The notes beneath the pieces were generated by a model. That model was not told the DNA's origin, did not search any database, and saw only the letters and a list, made by a program, of their open reading frames with translations. DNA of 64,000 bases, taken from positions 1 through 64,000 of IMG/VR virus record IMGVR_UViG_3300035698_016988; one strand, written 5' to 3'. Positions 50,310-59,783 of the stretch are shown here, one piece after another. The position numbers and the translations under genes were made by a program. The first letter of the stretch is position 1. Each line of letters opens with the position of its first letter. The stretch is from a virus.

Positions 50310-50855
50310 ATGACAGATTTTTATACATCAGACAATCACTTTGGTCACTGGACCACCGAAGACCGAAACATAATCAAATACTGCGATAGACCGTTTGATT
50401 CCATAAGTGAAATGGATGTCAAAATGATCGAGAACTGGAATAATGTTGTCGGTCATAAAGATACAGTTTATCATTTGGGTGATTTCACCTTCTACAAAAA
50501 CCGAGACATTATCGATGCCATTATGGATAGCCTCAATGGTAGGAAGATTTTAATCTCCGGCAATCATGATCGTGATTATATCAAAAAACATAAAGAATGG
50601 GCTGAGGTTCATCAATACTTAGAACGGAAAGACCGAGGCAAAGGTACTTGGTTGGTTATGTTCCATTATCCGATTGCAAATTGGAATGGATCATATCACA
50701 AAAGTTGGCACTTGCATGGACATTCGCATGGAAAATACGTTTATCCTTTGAACGAAAACGGAACAAAGAAAACTGCACTAGACGTCGGAGTTGATACTCA
50801 CGACTTCACTCCTTGGTCATTTGATGAAATCAAGGAGTATATGGATAATCTCTAA
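50310..50855 (+). CDS. calcineurin-like metallophosphoesterase
   Basis: SDNHFGH, HLGDF, GNHD and HGHSH motifs. Confidence 0.93.
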   Translation: MTDFYTSDNHFGHWTTEDRNIIKYCDRPFDSISEMDVKMIENWNNVVGHKDTVYHLGDFTFYKNRDIIDAIMDSLNGRKILISGNHDRDYIKKHKEWAEVHQYLERKDRGKGTWLVMFHYPIANWNGSYHKSWHLHGHSHGKYVYPLNENGTKKTALDVGVDTHDFTPWSFDEIKEYMDNL

Positions 50856-50886
50856 TAAATAAAGAAAACAGGTTATTGGAGAAATT

Positions 50887-52353
50887 ATGCGCGTTAACGA
50901 AGTAATCAACCTAAAAGAAGCACGTCTTCCAAAAGAAATTCCTTTCATGGGCTGGATGTTGCGTCCGGTTCCGAAGAAAACCTCATTTGACGGCGTCGCT
51001 TATGCTCCCGGAAAAGAAAGAATTGTTATCCGTGGTGTCGCTACACTTGAAGAAGTGTACGATCAGCTTAAACAAGCAGTGCGTGAAAAAAGGTCAACAG
51101 ATTCACAATCAAGGAATCCGAACATTCAATTCAGTAATGTGGATGAAACGAATGGTGTTTTCAATCAAGCATTTACAAATTCATTTTTCGGTGACGAAGT
51201 ACCGGCGCTAGGAAAGATAGTTGTCGACGGCGCTACCCATATCGATGTTTATATTGGTAATGATCCAGAAGATTTAGAGCTTTACAAGTCTGATGGTTTT
51301 GTGCAAATATCAGATCGCCTTTGGAATAAGTCGCGTGTTTATCGTATGTCTCTGACCCCTAAGCAGGTCGCTGATAAGGGTCTTGAGTTCAGGGGTATCT
51401 ACACCGTAAACGAGACAAAATCTCCTGATCCGGACCTTAAACGCTTCACTTTGAGCCCTCAACCGATTGACTACCTTGAAGGCAAAGAAAGTAAGAAAAT
51501 ATTCAAAGAGCCTACTTTCAGTATACCGACTTGGTTAAAAGGCAGTAAAACGCTTCAAGAACGCGATGCTAGTATGTCCTACGAGACAGTAGAAGTCAAA
51601 GGTATTGTAGATCGAGTAATTGCTAAAATCAAAAATCAAAAAGGTTCAGCCTGGACGAGAATGGGCAAGCAGTTAAAAGACCTTAGAAATCAAATTGCAG
51701 TTTTGTCTGAGAAAGAAGCAAAATTAACTGACAAAATTAAAGACAGATTTCCAGAAACTTTTGATTCCTCTGATGAAGTATTGACGCGAGTCGTTGAGAC
51801 CGCCCATTTAGTCGCAACTATGACAAAAGCAAGTCAAACAGATAAATCCACTGTTGACTATGCTGCTATCCTTGAAGAAATTCTTAAACTTGATTTGGTA
51901 CCTGAACAGCAGAAAGCGGTTACCGCAATCATTAAGAAACACACCACCACAAAGACTGTTTCTACTCCGTCTAAGCTACGGTTGAAAGTAACCGAATCTG
52001 AATTGATGGCAAACATCAAAAGTTCCTGGAGTAGCTTACTCTCGAAGCTGAAAGTTTGGGGCAAGAGACAAGATCAGAAAATTGCTAGAGTTAAACAAAT
52101 GATGAGTCAAGTCGGTAGTAATCAGAACACGATGATTTCTGAAGAAGAAGTTATGAGTTCATGGATTGATGAACTAACTTATGAGCCTCATCCAGAAGCA
52201 GAAGGTGAAGGAAACGTCGAAATGCTTTTGGGAAACGGTAGAGCATATACCGTCTATAATGTTGCATATGGTGAATACGAAGACTGGTTGTCTTCTCCGT
52301 CGAAAGGTAGGTATTGGCACGCTAATATCAAAGACGTTTACACGGTGAAATAA
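50887..52353 (+). CDS. multi-domain protein with a C-terminal KTSC domain
   Basis: SSWIDELTY...NGRAYTVYNV...SPSKGRYWHANIK; TAAATA late promoter upstream. Confidence 0.75.
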   Translation: MRVNEVINLKEARLPKEIPFMGWMLRPVPKKTSFDGVAYAPGKERIVIRGVATLEEVYDQLKQAVREKRSTDSQSRNPNIQFSNVDETNGVFNQAFTNSFFGDEVPALGKIVVDGATHIDVYIGNDPEDLELYKSDGFVQISDRLWNKSRVYRMSLTPKQVADKGLEFRGIYTVNETKSPDPDLKRFTLSPQPIDYLEGKESKKIFKEPTFSIPTWLKGSKTLQERDASMSYETVEVKGIVDRVIAKIKNQKGSAWTRMGKQLKDLRNQIAVLSEKEAKLTDKIKDRFPETFDSSDEVLTRVVETAHLVATMTKASQTDKSTVDYAAILEEILKLDLVPEQQKAVTAIIKKHTTTKTVSTPSKLRLKVTESELMANIKSSWSSLLSKLKVWGKRQDQKIARVKQMMSQVGSNQNTMISEEEVMSSWIDELTYEPHPEAEGEGNVEMLLGNGRAYTVYNVAYGEYEDWLSSPSKGRYWHANIKDVYTVK

Positions 52354-52700
52354 TGACCGAAACTGAAATTTGGTGGAAAGGCGCTTGGCGCCCTGCGGCC
52401 GCAGGAATATACCTATCAATCTGTTTGTTTGATTTTGTAGTCATGCCTATGATTAATTCCAATAATTACGACCCTGCAGAGCTGGTTGACCAAGCGTTAC
52501 GTTTCAATGACCCAACTGTTCAAGTCAAAGCATTAGCAGCAATGGATCAAGGAAGGATGTGGGAACCTTTGACCACTCAAGGGAATGGAATTTTTCACTT
52601 ATCCTTCGGTGCCATCTTAGGCGCAGCAGCCCACGGTAGATCAAAAGAAAAAGTTGCTAGAAGTTCTAAAGACATTGTTATAGGTGAAAATCCTGCTTGA
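52353..52700 (+). CDS. holin-like membrane protein (GTA 3TM-holin type)
   Basis: WRPAAAGIYLSICLFDF...FHLSFGAILG...GRSKEK. Confidence 0.65.
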   Translation: MTETEIWWKGAWRPAAAGIYLSICLFDFVVMPMINSNNYDPAELVDQALRFNDPTVQVKALAAMDQGRMWEPLTTQGNGIFHLSFGAILGAAAHGRSKEKVARSSKDIVIGENPA

Positions 52701-53047
52701 CATTTAAATTATCTGATATTAAACTGATATTGGAGGAAGAAATGCAAAATGTCAAAAATTTAACAGATTATTTACGGAACGCCCCAACAGAAACGAAAAT
52801 CAAAATTGCCAAGGCTTTTTTGTTTTCGCCGGTGATGAAACGTCGAATGCCGTTTACATCAAAACTGTCTGAGGTGGTCGCTTCCTTTTTTCCTCGTTTG
52901 TTAGAAGAGGAATTAACCACAGAAAAGTCGACTTTGCTTGTCAATGCAATAGCATATGACATCGATACCGAATATTATACCGGAAAAGATTTTGAAGATC
53001 TTTTAATTATTTTATTTTCTCACGGTTATCGACCACAATCTTATTAA
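52697..53047 (+). CDS. hypothetical protein
   Basis: ORF coupled to the upstream gene. Confidence 0.55.
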   Translation: MTFKLSDIKLILEEEMQNVKNLTDYLRNAPTETKIKIAKAFLFSPVMKRRMPFTSKLSEVVASFFPRLLEEELTTEKSTLLVNAIAYDIDTEYYTGKDFEDLLIILFSHGYRPQSY

Positions 53048-53166
53048 TTTTTATACTCTCCTGAAACTATAAATAAAGATGATAGCAATTGTGTTATTGA
53101 AAATCATATGGCAGTTTAAGCCTCTGAACGCAGTCAGAGCAGTTAAAGTCCATAACAGGAGATAAA

Positions 53167-53921
53167 ATGACAGATCACATTAAAGTGAACCATACCGGTT
53201 CTTCAAAATCCAAAAATCCAACCTTAAGACTCATGTTCATGTCGTACTTGATCGCTCAGGATCAATGAATAATTGCCGTAAAGCAACTATTGACGGATTC
53301 AACGAGTATATTGGCTCATTAAAAGCTGACAAAGACAATAAGTATTTTGTCACGTTGACTCAGTTTGATTCGACAAACGCTGGTGTCTTAATTGAAGATA
53401 CCTTTACTGACGTGAAATTATCTGAAGTTGAAGATTTAACTGAAGACACTTTCCAACCAAGAGGCACGACTCCGTTGCACGATGCAATCGGTGAAAGCAT
53501 GCGTCAATCAGCGAATCGCCTGAAAGAAAAGAAAGGCAACAACGCAGTGGTTATGATCGTTATGACTGATGGCGGCGAGAATTCAAGTAAAGAGTTCGAT
53601 GCAAGCATCATTAAGAAAATGATCGACACTGAAGAAGCTAACGGTTGGACTGTAACCTACATGGGTGCAAACCAAAACGCACATCGTGTTGGTGGATCAT
53701 TGGGATTCAAAGCCGGTAAGACTATGAACTACAGCACTGACCAAATGCAAGACACTTTCCGTGGCTTAGCAATTAACACAGCTTCACGCTCCTCGTTGTA
53801 TTCGAAGACCTTAGATTCAATGGAATCTGGTGCAACACCTGAAAATATTTCTATGGCATTTGCATCAGTATCGAGAAGTGCTGACTTCTTTGAAGATGAG
53901 GACGAAGATGCGATGTCCTAA
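53167..53921 (+). CDS. von Willebrand factor A domain protein with a frameshift near the 5' end
   Basis: MIDAS VLDRSGSM lies just upstream of the track's ATG (53265); GTTPLHDA and MTDG motifs; the SD-preceded ATG at 53167 is out of frame. Confidence 0.8.
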
Positions 53922-54696
53922 TAACGCTTCTAGTCTTGAAGTTTTGGTTAACGGGAGACCGGTAACTGAATATCGACATGACGGAAACGTCTTTATTGAA
54001 GGTAGAGACCGTTCGGAATTTTCATTACGTATGAAGTATCTAGGTGGTTACCGTGATATGGGCAAAAGAAAATTGTTTGTACCTTCGGTTGACGGCCTGA
54101 GTATCATCGACGGGAAACCGGCTTCGAATGATTCACGTGGATTCATTTTAGAAACAGATGAAGAAATTGAAGTTCCTGGTTGGATGGTGAATAACGAGAC
54201 AGCAGCAAGCTTTTTCTTTAGTTTGTCAAATAAAGAACCAAGTTATGCTGAACAAATGGGTTATGGCGGACAGAACAACGGTGTAATCGGTGTTCGTGTT
54301 TTCCAGGAAAAGGAACCGGCTAAGAAACCGTTACCTAATCCTTTCCCCGATGTTTTACAGCTGAAGGACTTTCCTTGGGCTGACTCCGGAACTGTTAGAG
54401 AACCGGATTTTAACCCTAGGACAATCTCTTTTGGTGCATCAGCATCAGCGTCAGCATTAAGAGGAATTGCTCCTCAAAGCGCAAAAGAACTTGGCGCTGG
54501 TTGGGGTGAAGAAACTGATTTCAGTACGACAATCACACAGTTCGAGAAAGGTGAGCATTTGACTGATATCGTGATTTTTTATGATACCATTCGAGGTCTC
54601 GAAGCCCTAGGCGTTGATGTCGTGAAAAAGAAAGCAAGGCGTTCCTCAATGGGAGCTAGTCCTTTCCCGGGAGACTATTGTAAGTCTCCAAAATAA
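53908..54696 (+). CDS. hypothetical protein following the VWA gene
   Basis: SVDGLSIIDGKPAS and NGVIGVRVFQE motifs; start placed behind a GAGGA SD. Confidence 0.7.
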   Translation: MRCPNNASSLEVLVNGRPVTEYRHDGNVFIEGRDRSEFSLRMKYLGGYRDMGKRKLFVPSVDGLSIIDGKPASNDSRGFILETDEEIEVPGWMVNNETAASFFFSLSNKEPSYAEQMGYGGQNNGVIGVRVFQEKEPAKKPLPNPFPDVLQLKDFPWADSGTVREPDFNPRTISFGASASASALRGIAPQSAKELGAGWGEETDFSTTITQFEKGEHLTDIVIFYDTIRGLEALGVDVVKKKARRSSMGASPFPGDYCKSPK

Positions 54697-54699
54697 ATC

Positions 54700-54742
54700 T
54701 TGACAAAGTGGTGATACCGTGTTTTATAATAAGCACGGTATC
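54700..54742 (+). promoter_or_regulatory. topoisomerase promoter with its -10 box inside an inverted repeat
   Basis: TTGACA-N19-TATAAT; GATACCGTG/CACGGTATC arms. Confidence 0.55.
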
Positions 54743-54783
54743 TCCATGATAAATAACTGGAACAAAACAACATTGGGACCCAA

Positions 54784-56670
54784 ATGAATCAAGACGATAT
54801 TAGAAAGTTATCCGACTACCAACACGCCCGTCTAAGAACAGAGACTTATTTCGGTTCAAGATCAAATCACACTCAAAATGTTCTCATGTTTCATGCTGAC
54901 AAACCAGTCATTAAAGAAATAACTTGGGTGCCTGCTTTGTTAACGGCTGTTCGTGAAATTATTGATAACTCGTTAGATGAATTGATCGGCAAGGGATTCG
55001 GCGACAGACTTGATGTCACGTTCGATACCAAAACGATGGAATTCACTGTTCGTGATAACGGTCGCGGCATTCCGATCGCAAAAGACAAAACCGAGAACAT
55101 GCACTTAGCCACGATGGTTTTGAGTGAGGCCCGAGCCGGTAGAAACTTTGACGATACTCAAAGAACTGGTGCCGGTATGAACGGGGTCGGCGCTAGTATT
55201 TGCAATTTCTGTGCTGAATATTTTGAAGTAGAAGTTATCCGGGACGGTAAGAAGTTCGTTCAGAATTTCTCACAAGGTAATGCTGTTGATGATTCGCTAC
55301 AAATTCACAAGGCAAAAATTACCGCGTCGGGTAGCCCAAGAACAGGCACATTTATTAAGTTCAAACCGTCGAAGGAAGTTTTCAAAAACCAAACCCTTCC
55401 GGTGGACTTTATTGAATCTAGATTGTTAGAGATTGCTGCATGTAATCCAAAGGTCAAGATTTATTTTAATGGTAAGAAAATCGACATTAAGCGTGGTGTT
55501 GAGAAAACATTGTTCGGTGGTTTGAAAGGAATTCATATTCCGGTCAAAGACAAAGAAATGGAATTTATGACTGACTTTTATGTTTATCCGAATGTATCCG
55601 ATGGGCGTGAGCATATTCACTCGCTTGTGAATAACGTTCCTACCTTCGATGGCGGTGAACATATTGAAGAGTTCCGTAGGATTTTTGTGCAAGGTATGCT
55701 CAAAGCCTTAGAGAAGCCGGCGAGGAAAAGAAAACTCTCACCAAACAGAACCGATATTTTAGAAAGTCTTCTTTTCTTCTCGGTAACGAAAATGAAAGCA
55801 CCGTACTTTGGTAACCAAGCAAAAACCAAACTAATCAACGAAGAAGTAAAGAAACCTATTCGTGAGCAAGTTGACAACGAAGAGTTGTTCAAGGGAATTG
55901 TCTTGAAGAACAAAGAATGGGTAGAAGAAATTCTTGAGCGTACCGCTGTTCGTACTCAGAAAAGAGATGACGCGGATGTTTCTAGAGAATCTAAAAAGAA
56001 CCTTCGAAACAAGATTCCAAGCCTTATGGATGCGACGAGTAAAATTAGATCTGACTGTATCCTAATGCTAGCAGAAGGTGATTCGGCTATCTCTGGTTTC
56101 AGTAATGTTCGCGATCCTAAAATTCACGGCGGCTTGCCTTTACGTGGTAAGATCATGAATGTGTTCGGAGAGAATCCAAAGAAAGTTATCGGTTCAAAAG
56201 CTTTGGCAGATATTATGAACAGTTTGGGATTGGTAATCGGTCAGAAGTTTGATCGCAGCCAGCTTCGTTACGGTAAGGTTTATATCGCTTGTGATATGGA
56301 TCAAGACGGAGCAAACATTACAGCGTTGTTGGTAAACTTCTTCTACCGATATTGGCCTGAATTGTTTGATCCAGCAAAACCGTTCTTCTTTATTTTCTTG
56401 ACTCCGTATATTATTGTCGAGAAAGGAAAAGAACGTCATTATTGGTACAGCAACGATTACCATGAATTTGAATCAAGTAAATGGAAAGGCGCAACCGTAC
56501 GTCGAGCAAAAGGTCTCGGAACGTTGCGTAAAGAAAATTGGAAGCATGCTATTCAAGACCCTAGACTAATTGCACTTTCGGACGATGGTAAACTTAAAGA
56601 AACTTTAGACTTAATCTTCGACGGTGCTAGGGCCGACGATAGAAAAGAATGGATGGCAAATGTCGATTAA
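54784..56670 (+). CDS. type IIA DNA topoisomerase ATPase/TOPRIM subunit (gp39+gp60 fused, GyrB-like)
   Basis: EIIDNSLDE, DNGRGIP, GMNGVG, AEGDSA, PLRGK, DMDQDG and KGLG motifs. Confidence 0.96.
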   Translation: MNQDDIRKLSDYQHARLRTETYFGSRSNHTQNVLMFHADKPVIKEITWVPALLTAVREIIDNSLDELIGKGFGDRLDVTFDTKTMEFTVRDNGRGIPIAKDKTENMHLATMVLSEARAGRNFDDTQRTGAGMNGVGASICNFCAEYFEVEVIRDGKKFVQNFSQGNAVDDSLQIHKAKITASGSPRTGTFIKFKPSKEVFKNQTLPVDFIESRLLEIAACNPKVKIYFNGKKIDIKRGVEKTLFGGLKGIHIPVKDKEMEFMTDFYVYPNVSDGREHIHSLVNNVPTFDGGEHIEEFRRIFVQGMLKALEKPARKRKLSPNRTDILESLLFFSVTKMKAPYFGNQAKTKLINEEVKKPIREQVDNEELFKGIVLKNKEWVEEILERTAVRTQKRDDADVSRESKKNLRNKIPSLMDATSKIRSDCILMLAEGDSAISGFSNVRDPKIHGGLPLRGKIMNVFGENPKKVIGSKALADIMNSLGLVIGQKFDRSQLRYGKVYIACDMDQDGANITALLVNFFYRYWPELFDPAKPFFFIFLTPYIIVEKGKERHYWYSNDYHEFESSKWKGATVRRAKGLGTLRKENWKHAIQDPRLIALSDDGKLKETLDLIFDGARADDRKEWMANVD

Positions 56671-56890
56671 ACCAGAATATAATTTAAACCATATTGATGA
56701 CAGATTAGCGGCTTTAGATAAAGTCAAGAACGCAGTCGAAGAATATATCGAGTATATGTGGTCGGATGAACGGCTTGAAGACAACGATGAAAATTATCAG
56801 AATCATATTTTCGAAACAGCGGTTCTCGCAATAATGGGCCCTGATGCGTTTATTAAAATAACTGAAAGAATGGTAGAATCTGATGACTGA
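56660..56890 (+). CDS. small hypothetical protein between the topoisomerase subunits
   Basis: ORF overlapping both neighbours; start placed at MSIKPEY. Confidence 0.6.
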   Translation: MSIKPEYNLNHIDDRLAALDKVKNAVEEYIEYMWSDERLEDNDENYQNHIFETAVLAIMGPDAFIKITERMVESDD

Positions 56891-58256
56891 AGTATTAATT
56901 CCAATTGAGTCAAGCGAACACATCGACGCATCAAGTAAAGAATACAGCCTCTACGTCTGTGAACAACGGGCTATCCCGAAAGCAAGTGATGGACTGAAAT
57001 CTGCTCAACGTAAAGCGTTGTTTTTGATGATGACCAAAGCTGGTGAAATCAAAACGGTTTCGTTGTCTGGTGAAACAATCTCGAGAGGATTATATGTTCA
57101 CGGTGATACTAGCATGTCGGATACCGTATCTCTTCTAGCTGCGCCGTATTCTAACAATCTGCCATGGCTCGAGGGTATTGGTACGTTTGGAACTAAGGTA
57201 AATCCTAGGGCATTTGCGGCCCCTCGCTATACGTACGTCAAACGATCAAAAGCATCAGAGGAGATTTTATATGCTGACAGAGATATTGTTCCAATGCAGG
57301 AAAATTATGACGGTTCTACATCCGAACCGACTCACTTCCTTCCCATTATTCCTACTGTTCTTCTTAACGGTGTTTCAGGTATCGCTGTTGGGTGGTCAAC
57401 AGAAATACTCCCCCGCGCATTGGATGATCTTATCCGAGCGACCGCGGCTGCAATCGACGGAAAACGATTCAAGTATCTGACACCGAAATACGAGTTCTTG
57501 GATATTGACGTCGAAAAGTTAGAAGATAACTCATGGGAGTTTCGCGGAAAGGTTACCATTCAAGATGCACAAACGGTAATCGTAAACGAGTTGCCGCCTG
57601 ATTTGTCTTTGGAAAAGTTTAAGGATAGGTTAATTGCGCTTGAAGATGACAGTCAAATTCAAACCTATACCGACCACAGTTCTGACAAGATTTGCATCGA
57701 AGTAAAGTTCAAGCGCGGGATGCTAAAAGATAAAGATGATAAATGGGTTGTGAAAACTTTAAAATTGACTTCTCGGAAAAAAGAACGTATCGTAGTAGTT
57801 GACTGGGATAATAAGTCAATTAGACAATTCGATTCTGCCGAACAATTGATTAAAGAGTTTGTTGAAGTCCGTTTCGGGTTTTACATCAAGCGCTTTGATA
57901 AATTCTTAAAAGATGACAGTTATGAACTGAAATATTGGAAAGCCTTAAAGTTATGTTTCGATGATGGATTACCAACACGAATTCTTAAAGCAAAAGATAA
58001 AGCAGCCGTATGTGCAGATATTAAATCTATCACAAAAGCTGCTGGACCTGATGAAACCCAAATTGATCGCATTGCGGGAACGTCGTCTTATAATTGGGCG
58101 AAGGATCGGTATGCTGTGGTACAAGCACGAATTAAGGAACTCGAAGCGAACATCGAGAAATACAAAAAACTTTTGGCAAACCCAGACGATATTAGAGATA
58201 TTTTCAAAGCCGAGGTTTTATCTCTTGGGAAGCAAAAATTCGACGTTGATAGATAA
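56883..58256 (+). CDS. type IIA DNA topoisomerase cleavage subunit (gp52/GyrA-like)
   Basis: RAIP...DGLKSAQRK, YVHGD, catalytic AAPRY, NGVSGIAVGWST. Confidence 0.96.
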   Translation: MTEVLIPIESSEHIDASSKEYSLYVCEQRAIPKASDGLKSAQRKALFLMMTKAGEIKTVSLSGETISRGLYVHGDTSMSDTVSLLAAPYSNNLPWLEGIGTFGTKVNPRAFAAPRYTYVKRSKASEEILYADRDIVPMQENYDGSTSEPTHFLPIIPTVLLNGVSGIAVGWSTEILPRALDDLIRATAAAIDGKRFKYLTPKYEFLDIDVEKLEDNSWEFRGKVTIQDAQTVIVNELPPDLSLEKFKDRLIALEDDSQIQTYTDHSSDKICIEVKFKRGMLKDKDDKWVVKTLKLTSRKKERIVVVDWDNKSIRQFDSAEQLIKEFVEVRFGFYIKRFDKFLKDDSYELKYWKALKLCFDDGLPTRILKAKDKAAVCADIKSITKAAGPDETQIDRIAGTSSYNWAKDRYAVVQARIKELEANIEKYKKLLANPDDIRDIFKAEVLSLGKQKFDVDR

Positions 58257-58268
58257 ACGAGGAAATAA

Positions 58269-58730
58269 ATGACCAACGGATTCACAATAGGCTACAAAGA
58301 CGGAAACGTGCTTGACGCCGAAGAGACCATTATTGTTCACGGCTGCAATGCCCAAGGAGTTATGGGCTCCGGTGTAGCGAAAGCTATCCGAGCAAAATAT
58401 CCTGGTGCCTATGAGCTTTATCGTCAAGAATACGAAGCGCAAGGTGGATTAGCCTTAGGTACCGTTACTGTTTATGATGCTCCAGACGGAAAAGTAATAA
58501 TCAACGGAGTTACCCAAGAATTCTACGGTAGGGACGGAAAGAAATATGTCGACTATACTGCCGTTCGGGAAGTAATGGAAGCGGCTGATTTTATCGCGCA
58601 CAATTTAGGTTGCGGTATTGCTATGCCTATGATTGGTTCAGGTTTGGGTGGTGGTAGTTGGACAACCATTGAAAACATTATTGAAGTCAATGTAAAGCGC
58701 CCAGTAACCGTTTACCGTTTTAAAGAATGA
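58269..58730 (+). CDS. macrodomain protein (ADP-ribose processing; T4 Tk.4-like)
   Basis: HGCNAQGVMGSGVAKAI and MPMIGSGLGGGSW motifs. Confidence 0.9.
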   Translation: MTNGFTIGYKDGNVLDAEETIIVHGCNAQGVMGSGVAKAIRAKYPGAYELYRQEYEAQGGLALGTVTVYDAPDGKVIINGVTQEFYGRDGKKYVDYTAVREVMEAADFIAHNLGCGIAMPMIGSGLGGGSWTTIENIIEVNVKRPVTVYRFKE

Positions 58731-58885
58731 GACAGCAATTTGACGAAGGTTATAGGGATCACAATTTAAAAGTAGGTTTATCTAATAATCCCTATGATCG
58801 AGCGAAGCAACCTGGGCAATATAAAGCCTGGAGAGAAGGCTGGAAGGCCGCCAACTTTGATTCAAAAATGAAAGGAAAATCATGA
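58727..58885 (+). CDS. 52-aa ribosome modulation factor (Rmf)-like protein (not in ORF track)
   Basis: ATGA overlaps at both ends; FDEGY...NPY...AWREGW matches the RMF GY...PY...W..GW pattern. Confidence 0.65.
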   Translation: MRQQFDEGYRDHNLKVGLSNNPYDRAKQPGQYKAWREGWKAANFDSKMKGKS

Positions 58886-59178
58886 ATATTTTCGATAACC
58901 GAGTACTAACCGCAGACGAGCAGGATTTGCTCAGAAAAACCGTAGAAGACGGTGTGCATTACGCAGAGGCAATTCGTGCCGAACAGGATTCACTAAAAGA
59001 TATGGTAAAGGATGCAGTTGCAAAACTCAACGACCAGATCGACGATCCTGATCAGAAAATCAAAGGCAGTACCGTCAACAAAATGATTCGTGTCTTACAT
59101 CTTCGTGATATACAAGAAGCAAAAGATAAGATTTCAGAAGTTGAGGACGGTCTGACTGTAATCGGAAAGCAGGTTTAA
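58882..59178 (+). CDS. small dsDNA-binding protein (T4 DsbA/GapR-like)
   Basis: Helical pattern ...IRAEQDSLKDMVKDA...VNKMIRVLH, upstream of the polymerase. Confidence 0.55.
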   Translation: MNIFDNRVLTADEQDLLRKTVEDGVHYAEAIRAEQDSLKDMVKDAVAKLNDQIDDPDQKIKGSTVNKMIRVLHLRDIQEAKDKISEVEDGLTVIGKQV

Positions 59179-59179
59179 A

Positions 59180-59500
59180 ATGAATAACCATCCTTGGACT
59201 TCTGTCGCTTCGCTTGTTATCGCGACGGCAATCGCGGCGATTATTGTCTCGGTCTATCCGTGGGCATTGACTGTGATTTGGGATTGGTTTATTTTTCCCG
59301 AGTTCGGGGTTCAACTTTCTTACTTGGGTGCACTAGGCATCACTGGTGTTTTCATGCTATTAGCAAAGAACAGTCCCTCAGTTTTAGAAATGCGAGTTAA
59401 TAAAACCGGTATAGAATCTGCTAAACTGATGGGTTTTATTATTGCTAAACCGTTTGTAGTTCTTGGTATTTTAGGAATCATTAAGATTGTCGTTTCTTAA
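59180..59500 (+). CDS. membrane protein
   Basis: Three hydrophobic segments. Confidence 0.65.
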   Translation: MNNHPWTSVASLVIATAIAAIIVSVYPWALTVIWDWFIFPEFGVQLSYLGALGITGVFMLLAKNSPSVLEMRVNKTGIESAKLMGFIIAKPFVVLGILGIIKIVVS

Positions 59501-59783
59501 AATCCTAACAGATTGCAAAGACTTTTTTGTGAATGACTGGCGGTATAACCGTCAGTTATTCATGATTGAAAACTTAGGGACGTTCTTCGGTTTGATCTCT
59601 GCATTTACTATTGCGGCGTTTACAACCTCAGCTCCCTTTGTTTGGGTCTATATCTTTTTTACTTTGGCATCTATTTTCCTTATAATAGCAGCATATAAAA
59701 GAAACTCGGCGCCAGTTATAATACTGAACGGAGGTTACTTTTTCATCAATATATTGGGTCTCTATAAAGCCCTGGGAGTATAA
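59487..59783 (+). CDS. membrane protein
   Basis: Three hydrophobic segments; coupled to the polymerase start. Confidence 0.65.
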   Translation: MSFLKILTDCKDFFVNDWRYNRQLFMIENLGTFFGLISAFTIAAFTTSAPFVWVYIFFTLASIFLIIAAYKRNSAPVIILNGGYFFINILGLYKALGV

